Source: the human T2T-CHM13v2.0 reference genome, Homo sapiens. From it: DNA of 64,000 nt. A program made the position numbers and the translations under genes. Of the stretch, positions 43,501 through 57,274 are shown piece after piece. The stretch lies in NCBI RefSeq assembly GCF_009914755.1, contig NC_060930.1; one strand, given 5' to 3'. The notes beneath the pieces are model-generated. The model did no database searches and had not been told where the DNA came from. It was given only the letters and a program-made list of their open reading frames with translations. Each line of letters opens with the position of its first letter. The first letter of the stretch is position 1.

Positions 43501-45421
43501 CATTCTGCTCTGGCATCCTCAGACAAGCACACTGCCCATTAGAGGAAAAAGGGTTTAATTTACCTGAGTCCTCAAGTGAATATAAGTGTTAAGTCAGAAC
43601 ACTGTAGACATTTAGTAACCTCCTTCAGAGGAAAAAAAAAGGTGGGGGGAAATGACAGAAATCCAAAAACTAGTAGAGCTTCCACTCTTCATTTCAGAAG
43701 AAATCAGTTGCTCTCCTCTAAGGACCATTACTATTAACAAAACAGAGACCTTGAAGGAGGCATTGTTTATTTATTATATATTTTGTAATGTTATTACCAT
43801 TCTTGTTATACTATTCCTTATACCCTACAATTGTTAGCAGACATTATTTTAAATTAATAAGATCCTGCATGCTTTTCTTTTTTTAAAAAAAAGAAAGACC
43901 TCTGTGTAGAGTGTCCTGTTCTGAGCCAGTCCTGAGAGGAAAGAAAATACAATCAGTTTGTTATTAACTGAGGAAAGAATTAAGTGAAAGATGAATCTTA
44001 GGAAGCAGAAGGAAGTAAACCTAATCTCTGACTAAGAAAGCTAAATACCATAATAACTCATTCATTCCTTCTTTTGTTTAATTACATTATTTAATCATAA
44101 GTCCGTGATGTGCCAGGCACTCAGGAAATAGTAAAAACTGGACATGTGATATTCTGCCCTTGTGTAGCGCACATTATAGTGGGAAAGAAAGCGCAATTTT
44201 AACCGGACAACTACCAACAATAAGAGCGGAGGAAGCAGGGGTTGGAAATGTCCACAGGCTGTGCCAAAGATGAAGCCCGTAATATTTGAAAGTCAGTTTC
44301 TTTCATCATTTTGTGTATTAAGGTTCTTTCTTCCCCTGTTCTCCACCTTCCTGCTTGTCATCTTCACTCATCAGCTGACCACGTCGCCTCTTATGGTGTA
44401 AACTTGTACCAGTCTTACGGTCCCTCTGGCCAGTACACCCATGAATTTGATGGAGATGAGCAGTTCTACGTGGACCTGGGGAGGAAGGAGACTGTCTGGT
44501 GTTTGCCTGTTCTCAGACAATTTAGATTTGACCCGCAATTTGCACTGACAAACATCGCTGTCCTAAAACATAACTTGAACAGTCTGATTAAACGCTCCAA
44601 CTCTACCGCTGCTACCAATGGTATGTGTCAACAATTCTGCCCCTCTTTACTGATTTATCCCTTCATACCAAGTTTCATTATTTTATTTCCAAGAGGTCCC
44701 CAGATCTTCTCATGGCAATTGCTGAAATTTTATCATCTCCCATCTCTAAAATCACATATTCCCATGTAATACAAGGGTCTTTCCATTATCCATTCATTAA
44801 ATCCTTCTCGGAGAGGTCTCATCAACCTCCTACTTTATTAAACATGCCCACAGAGAGAAGGGCACAGGAATAAAGCGGAGGCAATGTGTCGTTGCTCCCA
44901 AGCAGAAGGTAAATAAGACCTCTTTGACTATCAGGTGGTGAAATGCTGGTAGGAGGGCTCTTCCAGGATGTAATGCAGAAGCTCATGGCAGAGCTATTCA
45001 CACTTCACATCAGTGCTGTTTCCTCACCACAGAGGTTCCTGAGGTCACAGTGTTTTCCAAGTCTCCCGTGACACTGGGTCAGCCCAACATCCTCATCTGT
45101 CTTGTGGACAACATCTTTCCTCCTGTGGTCAACATCACATGGCTGAGCAATGGGCACTCAGTCACAGAAGGTGTTTCTGAGACCAGCTTCCTCTCCAAGA
45201 GTGATCATTCCTTCTTCAAGATCAGTTACCTCACCCTCCTCCCTTCTGCTGAGGAGAGTTATGACTGCAAGGTGGAGCACTGGGGACTGGACAAGCCTCT
45301 TCTGAAACACTGGGGTAAGGATGAGTTCCACCACTTTTTGATGCTTTCTTGTCTGTCAAGTTCAGAACTTCCTGCCTTTTACTCCTATATCCCAAAACTT
45401 GTTTTCCACACTTCATGGGTT

Positions 45422-45497
<76 letters not shown>

Positions 45498-45898
45498 TTT
45501 TGAAAGAATAAAGCAACAAAAGCAAAGATTTATTGAAAATGAAAGTACACTTCACATGGTGGGAGCGGGCCTGAGCATAGGGGCTCAAGAGCCACTTCAT
45601 GGGTTTCTAATGATAGACTTCACTCTCCTCCCTAAGCTGGGGACCTTGAGTCTTTGCAGAGCCAACCCTCCACCCCATCCCATCCCACACACATGCACAT
45701 GAGCACACTCTGCTTTCTGACCTCAACGACTTCATATCCACAGAGCCTGAGATTCCAGCCCCTATGTCAGAGCTCACAGAGACTGTGGTCTGCGCCCTGG
45801 GGTTGTCTGTGGGCCTCGTGGGCATTGTGGTGGGCACTGTCTTCATCATCCGAGGCCTGCGTTCAGTTGGTGCTTCCAGACACCAAGGGCCCTTGTGA
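40474..45898 (+). CDS. HLA-DQA1: MHC class II DQ alpha 1 chain, DQA1*05:05-like, 254 aa. Coding exons 40474-40555, 44375-44620, 45033-45314, 45744-45898.
   Basis: Leader [27 protein letters not shown], alpha1 [20 protein letters not shown]..., alpha2 [22 protein letters not shown]..., TM exon ending HQGPL-TGA. All introns GT-AG; 82+246+282+155=765 nt in frame. Confidence 0.99.
41418..41696 (+). mobile_element. AluJ-like in DQA1 intron 1
   Basis: ggaggatcctttgagcccaggag; ggcaacatagcaagacc. Confidence 0.85.
41697..41901 (+). repeat. 205-bp pure purine compound microsatellite (GAAA/GGAA/GGGAA)
   Basis: Only A and G across the tract. Confidence 0.95.
44375..44620 (+). CDS. HLA-DQA1: DQA1 exon 2 (alpha1 domain, 246 nt)
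   Basis: catcag|CTGACCAC...AATG|gtatgt; 3 nt shorter than the 249-nt DQA1*01 type exon. Confidence 0.97.
45033..45314 (+). CDS. HLA-DQA1: DQA1 exon 3 (alpha2 Ig-C1 domain)
   Basis: cacag|AGGTTCCT...TGGG|gtaagg; 282 nt; [10 protein letters not shown] motif. Confidence 0.97.
45419..45496 (+). repeat. (TTTC)n microsatellite in DQA1 intron 3
   Basis: Direct inspection. Confidence 0.95.
45425..45592 (-). mobile_element. TSD-flanked polyadenylated ERV1 (MER4-group) LTR 3'-end retrocopy
   Basis: TSD cacttcatgggtttct at 45409-45424 and 45593-45608; minus strand ...ggcccgctcccaccatgtgaagtgtactttcattttcAATAAAtctttgc... then an A/GAAA tail. Confidence 0.75.
45744..45898 (+). CDS. HLA-DQA1: DQA1 exon 4 coding part (connecting peptide, TM, cytoplasmic tail); exon continues to 45918
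   Basis: cacag|AGCCTGAG...; TGA at 45896-45898; donor gtaag at 45919. Confidence 0.96.
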
Positions 45899-46082
45899 AT
45901 CCCATCCTGGAATGGAAGGTAAGATTGAGATTTGTTAGAGCTGAATCCGCAGTATGAGAGGAAGGAAAGTGGAGGAGGCTGTGGACATGAATGGTTGAAA
46001 GTTGTAGGGGAATTGGGAAGTGGCATGATGATGACATAGGAGCGGCCTAGGACCCATCCATCTCATGTCTGTCCTGTTGCAG

Positions 46083-46720
46083 GTGCATCGCCATCTACAG
46101 GAGCAGAAGAGTGGACTTGCTACATGACCTAGCATTATTTTCTGGCCCCATTTATCATATCCCTTTTCTCCTCCAAATGTTTCTCCTCTCACCTCTTCTG
46201 TGGGACTTAAATTGCTATATCTGCTCAGAGCTCACAAATGCCTTTGAATTATTTCCCTGACTTCCTGATTTTTTTCTTTTCTCAAGTGTTACCTACTAAG
46301 GGATGCCTGGAGTAAGCCACCCAGCTACCTAATTCCTCAGTAACCTCCATCTATAATCTCCATGGAAGCAACAAATTCCCTTTATGAGATATATGTCAAA
46401 TTTTTCCATCTTTCATCCAGGGCTGACTGAAACCGTGGCTAAGAATTGGGAGACTCTCTTGTTTCAAGCCAATTTAACATCATTTACCAGATCATTTGTC
46501 ATGTCCAGTAACACAGAAGCAACCAACTACAGTATAGCCTGATAACATGTTGATTTCTTAGCTGACGTTAATATTTCTTTCTTCCTTGTGTTCCCACCCT
46601 TGGCATTGCCACCCACCCCTCAATTAAGGCAACAATGAAGTTAATGGATACCCTCTGCCTTTGGCTCAGAAATGTTATAGCAAAAATTTTAAAATAAAAA
46701 AGTAAGTCTGTACTAATTTC
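46083..46720 (+). other. HLA-DQA1: DQA1 exon 5 (3'UTR); 3' end approximate
   Basis: ttgcag acceptor ending at 46082; AATAAA at 46693-46698. Confidence 0.7.
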
Positions 46721-48406
46721 AATATGACTTTTAAAAGTATGACAGAGAAATGGGTTGGGATAAACGAAATTTGAATCTCAAAAATATCAATAGTGAAAAT
46801 TTATTCTCAAAACTAAATTTGTGAAGAATGATGACAGTAGAAGCCTTCCTCTCCCCTCCTCACCCTGAAGGAATAAAATTTCCTTAGGCAGGAAAAGAAA
46901 TGGAAGTCAGAAAAACATTAGAATAAGACAATAATGTGGGTATCTGAAAAGGAACAAATGCTCATTCCTCACATAGGGTTAGTGACAATGGGGAAAGGGA
47001 TGGGAGTAGAAGCTGCAGACATATCTAGGAGCCCTAGAATAGAGGCACAGTCTGCCCCACCTCCTCAATGAAGCTTTGCTAGATAACCATGTAGCTTTCC
47101 CTGTGCCAGCCTGGCATGAAGGAGACAGTATAGTGGATATGGCTGCAAGATGTTTCTAGGAAACATGCCGATAAAAAAACAATACCAATATCTTCAGAAA
47201 TCCCCAGCCCTTTCCCCTAACCCTCCTGGCTAAGGAAAGCACTAGCTTATGAGAAAAACCCTAGGAAGAACAACACAGTTAAGACAATGTAGCAGCAGCT
47301 GTGGGTGCTGTGTCCTCCATTGGATTCGCCAACTCCTAGGAGAAACTCTCACAGAGGAAATGGGTTAGCAGTGATCTCATGGCTCTAAACAGCTATGAAA
47401 TCTCTAAGGATATTTCTATCCATGCTACCTGCATCAGTGAGTTTAAACTTTAGTTGTAGAAAAAAGACAAAACATTAATGCAGTAATTGATACAGTATAG
47501 TTTGGTGCAAAGAACCCTAAATCCAAATCCAGGACTCAGTACTTTGAAGCTAGTATTTTAAACTTTATAAGTGGGTAAAGTAACTAACATTTCTGGCCTT
47601 ATTTTTCTCATCCACAATGTAGGAGTAATAATAATTTCCTTGCAGAGTTATTGATGGAATTTGAATAATCTTGATGTATAGTCAATGCCTTACACATAGT
47701 ATATAAATACACAAGAAAACATTGTGGTTATATTTATAATTAATTTATTTAAAAGAATGGATCACATTATATGAAAAGTACTTTTGTTTTTCTCAGCCCC
47801 TTAATGATTTAGGAGATTCAAATGTATGTAGAGCTATGGGTGAATTTCTTTTCATATGATCATTGGAGGATATTTTTTTTCTCCAGAATGAGAGAGGCTG
47901 AGATCGATTGCTAAGAGAGCTCTTAGGACGAGAAATTGTAATATTTGACTTTGGTTTTCAACTCTCTAAGAAGGGATATATTCCCTCCTTATGGCCCGTA
48001 AGTGTTTATTCAAGGTATTTCATATGCAACAGATGTTTATGCATGTTTACTTTGGGAAGGAGGTGAAGAAATTTCAAGGAGAAAATAATTAAAATGCAGA
48101 CTAGGAATCAGTAAGCACAGGGAGTCTGAATCAGTGATGATCATGAAAATGTCCATCACAGATCACAGAGGATTTTTAGGGCAATGAAACTACTCTATTT
48201 GATACCACAATGGTGAAAAATGTCATTATGCATTTGCCCAAATCCACAGAATGTACAACACCAAGAGTGAGACTTAATGTAAACTATGGACTTTGGGTGA
48301 TAATGATGTGCCAATGTAAGTACATAAATTATAGCAAATGTACCACTCTGGTGGGAGATGTTGCTAATGGGGGAGGCTACACATGTGTGGGAGCCGAGTG
48401 TATCTG

Positions 48407-48750
48407 GCAGCAGTCCCCAACCTTTTTGGCACCAGGGACCAGTTTTATGGAAGACAATTTTTCCACAGATAGTGGTTGGAATGTGGATATGATTTGGGGA
48501 TGAAACTGTGAAACTGTTCCACCTCAGATCAAAAAGCATTAGCTAGGTTCTCATAAGGAACATGCAACCTAGATCTCTTGCATGCACAGTTAACAATAGG
48601 ATTCGCACTCCTATGAGAATCTAATGCCACCACTGATCTGACAGAAGGCGGGGCTCAGTTGGTAATGCTAGCTCGCCCACTGCGTGGCCCAATTTCTAAC
48701 AGGCCACCAGCTGGTACTGGTCCATGGCCCAGGGGGTTGGGGTCCTCTGG
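48407..48750. mobile_element. MER1B-like hAT element inside an old L1M 3' end
   Basis: cagcagtccccaacctttttggcaccagggacc...ggggttggggtcctctg. Confidence 0.7.
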
Positions 48751-48813
48751 GATATCTCTGCACCTTCTGCTCAGTTTTTCTGTGAACCAACAACTGCTTT
48801 AAAATAAAGTCTA

Positions 48814-49240
48814 TTGATAGACTGGATTAAGAAAATGTGGCACATATACACCATGGAATACTATGCAGCCATAAAAAATGATGAGTTCATGTCCTTTGTA
48901 GGGACATGGATGAAGCTAGAAACCATCATTCTCAGCAAACTATGGCAAGGACAGAAAACCAAACACCGCATGTTCTCACTCGTAGATGGGAATTGAACAA
49001 TGAGAACACATGGACACAGGAAGGGGAACATCACACACCGGGGACTGTTGTGGGGTTGGGGGAGGGGGGAGAGATAGCATTAGGAGATATACCTAATGCT
49101 AAATGACGAGTTAATGGGTGCAGCACACCAACGTGGCACATATATACATATGTAACAAACCTGCACATTGTGCACATGTACCCTAAAACTTAAAGTATAA
49201 TAATAATAAAATAAAAAATAAATAAAAATAAAAATAAAAA
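48814..49240 (+). mobile_element. L1PA 3' end
   Basis: IDWIKKMWHIYTMEYYAAIKNDEFMSFVGTWMKLETIILSK; ccctaaaacttaaagtataataata tail. Confidence 0.92.
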
Positions 49241-49411
49241 GGAGAAGAAAAGGTAACCAATTATGATCCCAAATATATAAAATAAAACTTTTAGTATGAA
49301 AAAGTCACATTCAAATGCACAAATGTGCTAAGAAATTTTTAGCAATAAGATTTCAAATAAATTTCATATAAATTTCAATGATTCATGAGGCAAGAATCCA
49401 GCATTTTGGAG

Positions 49412-49446
49412 TTGTGTGCATTTGTGTGCGTGTGTGTGTGTGTGTA
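49412..49446 (+). repeat. Interrupted (TG)n, probably the DQCARII microsatellite
   Basis: TG repeat about 3.5 kb 3' of DQA1; name assigned from position and recalled flanks. Confidence 0.6.
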
Positions 49447-49839
49447 ATATAAGGATTATACTGAATGGCAAAATGACTAGAGTCATACAGAAATCTACAA
49501 ATGCTGCCCAACTCAGACTCAGTCCTCAAGAAATACTGTGGAAAGCAAATTTAATGATATTGCATTTTATTAAAAGGTTGTATTCAAAAAGTATTTATGT
49601 AATGTTAAAATAGCAGAATTAAAACTAATTCTAAAAAATAAGAGTAAATTTTTTTGTCAGCTAAAAATGTAGCGTCATTATTGACATTACTATACATAGG
49701 GTTACAGATCAACCTGCATGATTTTAAATCATGTGATACTTAAAAATTATTTCAGTTATTTGTATTATTTCAGATTGTATACATAAAGTGTGACTTCATT
49801 AATATTTAATATCACACTATTTAAAATTTACAAAATTAG

Positions 49840-50140
49840 TGGGTCACAGAGGCTCGTGCCTGTGATCTTAACACTTTGGAGGCCAATGGAGGAGGATTGC
49901 TTGAAGCCAGGAGTTCAACAGCTGCCTGGGCAACAAAGCAAGACCCCATCTCTACAACATAAAAATAAATTAGCGCATGGTGGCACGCCTATAATCCCAG
50001 CTACTCTGGAGGCTGAGGTGAGAGGAGCGAGCCCAGGAGTTCAGGGCTTCAGTGGGCTAGGATTGTGCCACCGCGCTCGCTCCAGCCTAGGCAACAGAGC
50101 AAGACCCCACCTCTAAAAATAAATAAATAAATAAATAAAT
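49840..50140 (+). mobile_element. AluJ-like
   Basis: Diverged Alu with (AAAT)n tail. Confidence 0.8.
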
Positions 50141-50410
50141 TTTACAAAATTTTAAAAATCACATGAAATATTTCAGGTTTGTACTTGCCACAAACAAACT
50201 AGGGATTTGAAGAATTAAACATTTTATTTTACTTACAGTCTGTACTGGCACATAGTAAGTAGTCAGTAGGTGTTAACAATTAGTGTTATTGTTATTTTCT
50301 GGAGACCAACTAACAAATCCCATAGCGGATGACACCACAGGGATGAAACCAACAAGATCCAGAATATGGGAACTTCCACTAGATAACTCCATTTTTTAGC
50401 AACAATTCAA

Positions 50411-50418
50411 AGACAGAC

Positions 50419-50453
<35 letters not shown>

Positions 50454-50475
50454 AGAGAAGAGAAGAGAAGAGAAG
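50411..50475 (+). repeat. (GACA)/(GA)n/(GAGAA)n compound microsatellite
   Basis: Direct inspection. Confidence 0.9.
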
Positions 50476-52451
50476 CTATACATTTTTAAAAGGCTGAAGA
50501 AATATATGAACCAAATTGATATGAGGCAATCAGAAAAATTGACACCGACTGTATTAAGGAAATAGCTAATTTTAGTGTGGTAATAGCATTGCTGTTATGT
50601 TTCTAAAAAGTCATTATACTTTAAATTTTCATAATAAAATAATTATGAATGAAGTATGGTATCTGAAAGTATCTTCAGAATAACCCAGTGTGCATGTATG
50701 ATTAATTGGGTGGGTTTACAAAATTGCCCATGAATTGATCATTGTTAAAGCTTGGCTGTTAAAACATGGCACTCTTCTCTCTAATACTGTTGAAGTTTTC
50801 TGTAATACAAAGTTTTTCAAAAAATGCATTCCAGGAAAGTCCCATAAACATAGGCAGAGAAACATTCTGTTTGAAGTTATGTTAGTTTTTAGGCTTTTCT
50901 CATTTTTATCACAGTTAGGAAATCCTAAGTATCCAAATCCTGCCTAAGGCTATAGGAACCTCTCAAAAATGCAACTCTAAAGAATGTGTATGCAAGAACT
51001 AATAATAGCAAAGGAAAGCAAAGTACTTTTTCCTTTATTATTGGCTGTACTAAGCCCCCAGACTTGTTTATATATTCCTTAATTCATCAAAACTGCAAAA
51101 ATGGTCTTTGAGTACCATTATAGCAATAAGTACCATACTTTGTTATACGTATCATTAAAATAATGTGAAAAGAGATACATTCATTGTCTTCATAGAACTT
51201 ACACTCTAGTGGGAAGAAATATACATATATTACATAATTCCACAAACATATAATTACAAACTCTGAATAATTTATAAAGGAAAAGAGAACAAGGTAAAGT
51301 GAGAGAGTGTTGCACAGGAACCAGGTATAATTTGGGGGAGATTAGAGGCGGCTCAAAGAAGTGTATCTTGAGATGAAATAAGATGGTATACAGTAGGTAA
51401 GGGACAAGGTTGAGGCAGGCAGAGCAAATGTTTGAGAAACTCTTACAACACGAAAGAGAAGATGAGAATAAAATAACATGAAAATTATCACAGATTTAAT
51501 ATGGAAAGCTCATGTAACAGCAAACAAGTTTAAAGTCTTTCTAATTAGAATTCTTAATCTGTAAAAGTAATAATAGAATGTTATAAACAATTGGAAAATT
51601 TAATAGGAAGGTTGGAAAACTAAGTCAAGAAATATGAAAAGGCAAAAATTGTACCTACCACACATAGTTTTATTAGAAGTTGACTAAGAATATTACTTAG
51701 TAAAGTGGAATTGTTAATCAGGAAATGGGAAGGTAAGGAATCCAGAAAACTGAATTTAATGCAGGACCTCACTGAAAAGGGATCCTATTACAGCAGTTCC
51801 TTGGCAAGCAAAGAACGTCTGATACATAAGTGATATTTAGAAAATGATAAACTATTTTTTTCAATTTTTAGAATTAAGCTACGAGCAAAGCCCAAGTATG
51901 CTTATTGTTACAGCAGAATGTCAAAATTGTCAGCTTTGACAATATTGAAAAAAGGGTGCCTGTATCTCATTTTGGCAAGTGGAAGCATAAAGGGTAGGGG
52001 AAAGGAAGGGTATCAATGCCAATAACTTCATCTCCCAAGAAGCAGAAAAGAGACATTGCCCATAGTTAAGGAAGAAATCACAAAGATCACTACATTTAAA
52101 TTACATTTGTACCAAAAGAATTATGTAAGATAGCTCATGAATTAAAGCAGGGTTTTAGAAATTGGACTATCATTCAGTCAAAAAGTCTTCATCCTAACCC
52201 CCAGGGAGTTCTGAAGCTGTAGGATCCCTTCAGATTTGGCTTAATTTAGGGAAAGCGTTTAGGACTTTTATACCCCAACACTGACCAGTCATTATAGGTG
52301 GATTCTTCCTGGGAAGTGGAGTAAAATCTGATGAGACTGCTTTCATCACCTAAAGCAATTCTGGGGGATGACTGACAGCTAAGGGCTGTCAGCCAGCAAC
52401 ATTCCCAGCAATGAGAGTATAAATCCTTCAGTCCCAAAGGGAGGAGTTTAG

Positions 52452-52840
<389 letters not shown>

Positions 52841-52874
52841 AAATAAATGTTTTTTTTTTAATTCATCATCTATT

Positions 52875-54160
<1,286 letters not shown>

Positions 54161-55744
54161 TAATGAGTTCAAAATTCTTTTGAAGTGTAACATCCTTAAC
54201 TTTTTCTTGTTCAAATAAAGTTTTCTTTTTATTTTTTTAATTGTTTTAAAAACTCATCTCTTAACTTCCATTAACTCAGTTGATTCACCCTATTAACTTA
54301 AGGACTCTCTTCTTCCTTAAGTTAAACATTTCATGATAATCAGGAAGGGCAAGGTTATGTTGCAATAAGATCTTAACCCACAGTAAAAAGTAGATCTTAA
54401 CCCACAGTAAAAAGTAGATCTCAGTGGCTTAACTCAATAAGGAGACTTAATTCCACAGTTATTCAAATGACTCAGATTATGGAGTTTCCAGCATCTCATA
54501 CACCACCATGCACCTACTTGCAAGTTCCATTGGTTACTGTTAGTCAAATGTCCCCAACCTAACAGCAGAAAAGACTGAGAAATGTACAGGAGCTTTGGAA
54601 TACTGGCGAGCATCACTGTCTCCAAAAGTTATACTGTTATTATCTAAGGTAAGGACAAATGCTCAAGACCGGTAGGTTGTCCTCTAGAACACCCACACAC
54701 TTTCCTCCAAGTTATATGCTGAGTAAGACTCAGTTCTTTGTGTTAGCAAACTTATTTATAGACGATGTACTTATTATTTTAATTAATTATCCATTAAAGA
54801 TTATACTATCCAATGAAATCTGGGTGCAAAACATAGTTGTTTCTATGAAACTGTCAATGGAAGAAAGAGAAGACGATTTTGACCCTCTCGTTAATAAAGA
54901 ATCTTCCAGCATGTGTGCTCAGTGTGACAATGTTGAACTGTAAGAATGTCCTAGAATATAATCTATCACCCACCCCGATTATAGGGCTTATGCTTCAACT
55001 AGAAAAATCAGATCTCGATGTTCCCCTAAACTTTGAGTCTTGTTCAATCCCTAGCCCTGCCTCTTCCCTTTGCAGGGTCAAAAGCCAGGAGCTACACACA
55101 GAGACTGAGGACACGCTGGACAACCCAGCACATGCCTTCCCCATTTCCCCAAAAGTGTTACTCCCTTTTGATCCCTATGGTGAATGACAGTGCCCAACCT
55201 GAGGAAGAGGACAAAATTGGCACAAAACTTTTGACTCCATTCAGAATTTTGCTTGGGGAAAATTCAGACCATAACCCTGGGGAGCAGAATCTCAAGTGTT
55301 GGTGCCTCTTTGTGCACCAGTGTCCCTGTCTGAGGACCTGCATGACAGCCTGGAGTACAAGAGATGAAGGTCCCAAGGAGACCTAGTTCTCCACTCTGAC
55401 CTCATCCATAAGAAGGAAGAGCCTGCCAAAGACTCCTCACGCCCAGTGTGTGGGTGAGGGAGAAAGGAAGATGGGATGCCTGCTTTCAGGGTCATGGCCT
55501 TCCATAACCTCGCAGAAGCTCCCAGACTCTGTCTTCATGACGAAACTCAGAGACTGAGATGTAGACCAGCTTCAGGGCTGGGCCCACATCAAAGGGGCCA
55601 CAGTGCGTAGTGACCTCCCTCATAACCGGGAAAAGAGTGTCATCAGGAATCAACAGGTTACAACGTCAATGACAAAGGGAGCTCAGACAAGGAGTGGAAT
55701 GACTGTGAACAGGTACCCCCAATGAGGGACCCTAGAACCAGAGG

Positions 55745-55945
55745 GAGCTCTGCCATTTGTCCTGTGGGCTCCACAAGAAACAAACTGCCCCTTACACCCC
55801 TCCACTGTGAGGAGGCTGTGGAGGCTGAGGTGCTCCACATGGCTGGTGTAGACATCTGCACACTGGAAGTCATTTCCAGGACCACAAGGATCTGGAAAAT
55901 CCAGTCCTCCTTCCTAATAAGAGGGATGGGCACAATGCTGGCTGT
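55745..55945 (-). pseudogene. Decayed class II beta (DQB-like) exon 3 3' half plus start of intron 3
   Basis: Translates TASIVPIPLIRKEDWIFQILVVLEMT, then a frameshift, then DVYTSHVEHLSLHSLLTVEG|gtaag; aligns to 58967-59170. Confidence 0.85.
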
Positions 55946-56080
55946 CAGCATCCCGTGCACAGGACAGTGTGTTTGAGAGGTGTGCATGTTACCCAGGCTT
56001 GGCCAATCAGAATCTTTCCTAAAGTTGTTAAAACTCTGGTAGACATTCTAGAAACATATATTAACAGAGACAGACAAACA

Positions 56081-56082
<2 letters not shown>

Positions 56083-56122
<40 letters not shown>
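56083..56122 (+). repeat. (CA)20, probably the DQCAR microsatellite
   Basis: Pure CA run about 1.1 kb 3' of the DQB1 stop codon; name assigned from position and recalled flanks. Confidence 0.8.
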
Positions 56123-56123
<1 letters not shown>

Positions 56124-57260
56124 CAAGAGAGAGAGATGAGATAATATATGAAGTGATAAGGAAGAGAAATGCAGAAAAATAGATGCAAAAAGAAACATGG
56201 AGATAGAAAAAATGCAGATAAACAGTGACAATGGATTAGAAAAATAGAAAGAAAGGCAACAATGTAGTGAAAGACAACAAGGGCACAGAGACAAAGATGC
56301 AGAGAGACACGCAGAAAGAACTATACAGGGACAAAGAGATACAGAGAAAGAGAGGCAGATTCACAGATAGAGATACAACAGAAAGAGAGAGGTGAAGATC
56401 TCATTGTGTATCTGGAACTAGTCACTTCTGAAATCAACTTGACTCTAGGCTTCCTTTGCACCATGAACAAAATATATTTGGGTTTCTATTATTTAGAATC
56501 AAAAATAATACTTTTATTGCTGGTTATGCTTTCTTAAAAGTAAAAATTATTCTTGATTGATGTGACTTGCCAGAATGTTTGAAACACCAGTGACCAAGGG
56601 TCACTATATCTGCCCCCAAACAATTCCACCATGTTTACTTATATAGCACTCACCAAACCAGAAGAGAGGCTGGGATATTCTCAGGCCACTGCACTGAACA
56701 TCAATATGAAAGAACCATGAATGATGCGACAACTGAGTTGATTTTCTACCTCCTCTGCCCACCATGACTTTGCACCCCAAATTCTTTCAGTGTCTTTTCA
56801 AGGTACAACCCTCCTTCTGGGCACAGGTTGGCTGGGTCACCTCAAGGTATGTTCCTTCATTCTGCAGTGATTTCCTGCCTCTGCTCAATTAAGGAAGTTG
56901 AGAATACAGATAACTCAGGATCATGTTTAATTATGTAAAAAAGCTCTAAAGTCAGGTAATGGTTTTCATGTGCTTCTCTTGAGCAGTCTGAGGAGAGAAT
57001 AGAAACAGAAACCCCTTGGGGCCTGAGTAGACGCAGCTGGCCATGCACAGGCAGAGGCTCTGGGTCAGTGCAGGAAGCAGAGTCACAGCCAGCGCCTTGG
57101 GGTGGGGATGAAAGGAGATGACCTGGTGGCTGCGTGACAGCCACTGTAGGACTCTGATCTCAGGGGGACAGGCTGACACAGGCAGTTGGGAATTCTGGGC
57201 AGGGACAAGCAGGCGTTACAGAAAAGTGATAACCAATCCCAGTTAAAATAGTCTCAGGAG

Positions 57261-57274
57261 TCAGTGCAGGAGCC
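57261..57274 (-). CDS. HLA-DQB1: DQB1 exon 6 coding part; 3'UTR extends to about 56490
   Basis: ctccag|GGCTCCTGCACTGA; minus-strand ATTAAA at 56926-56931 and AATAAA at 56513-56518. Confidence 0.93.
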
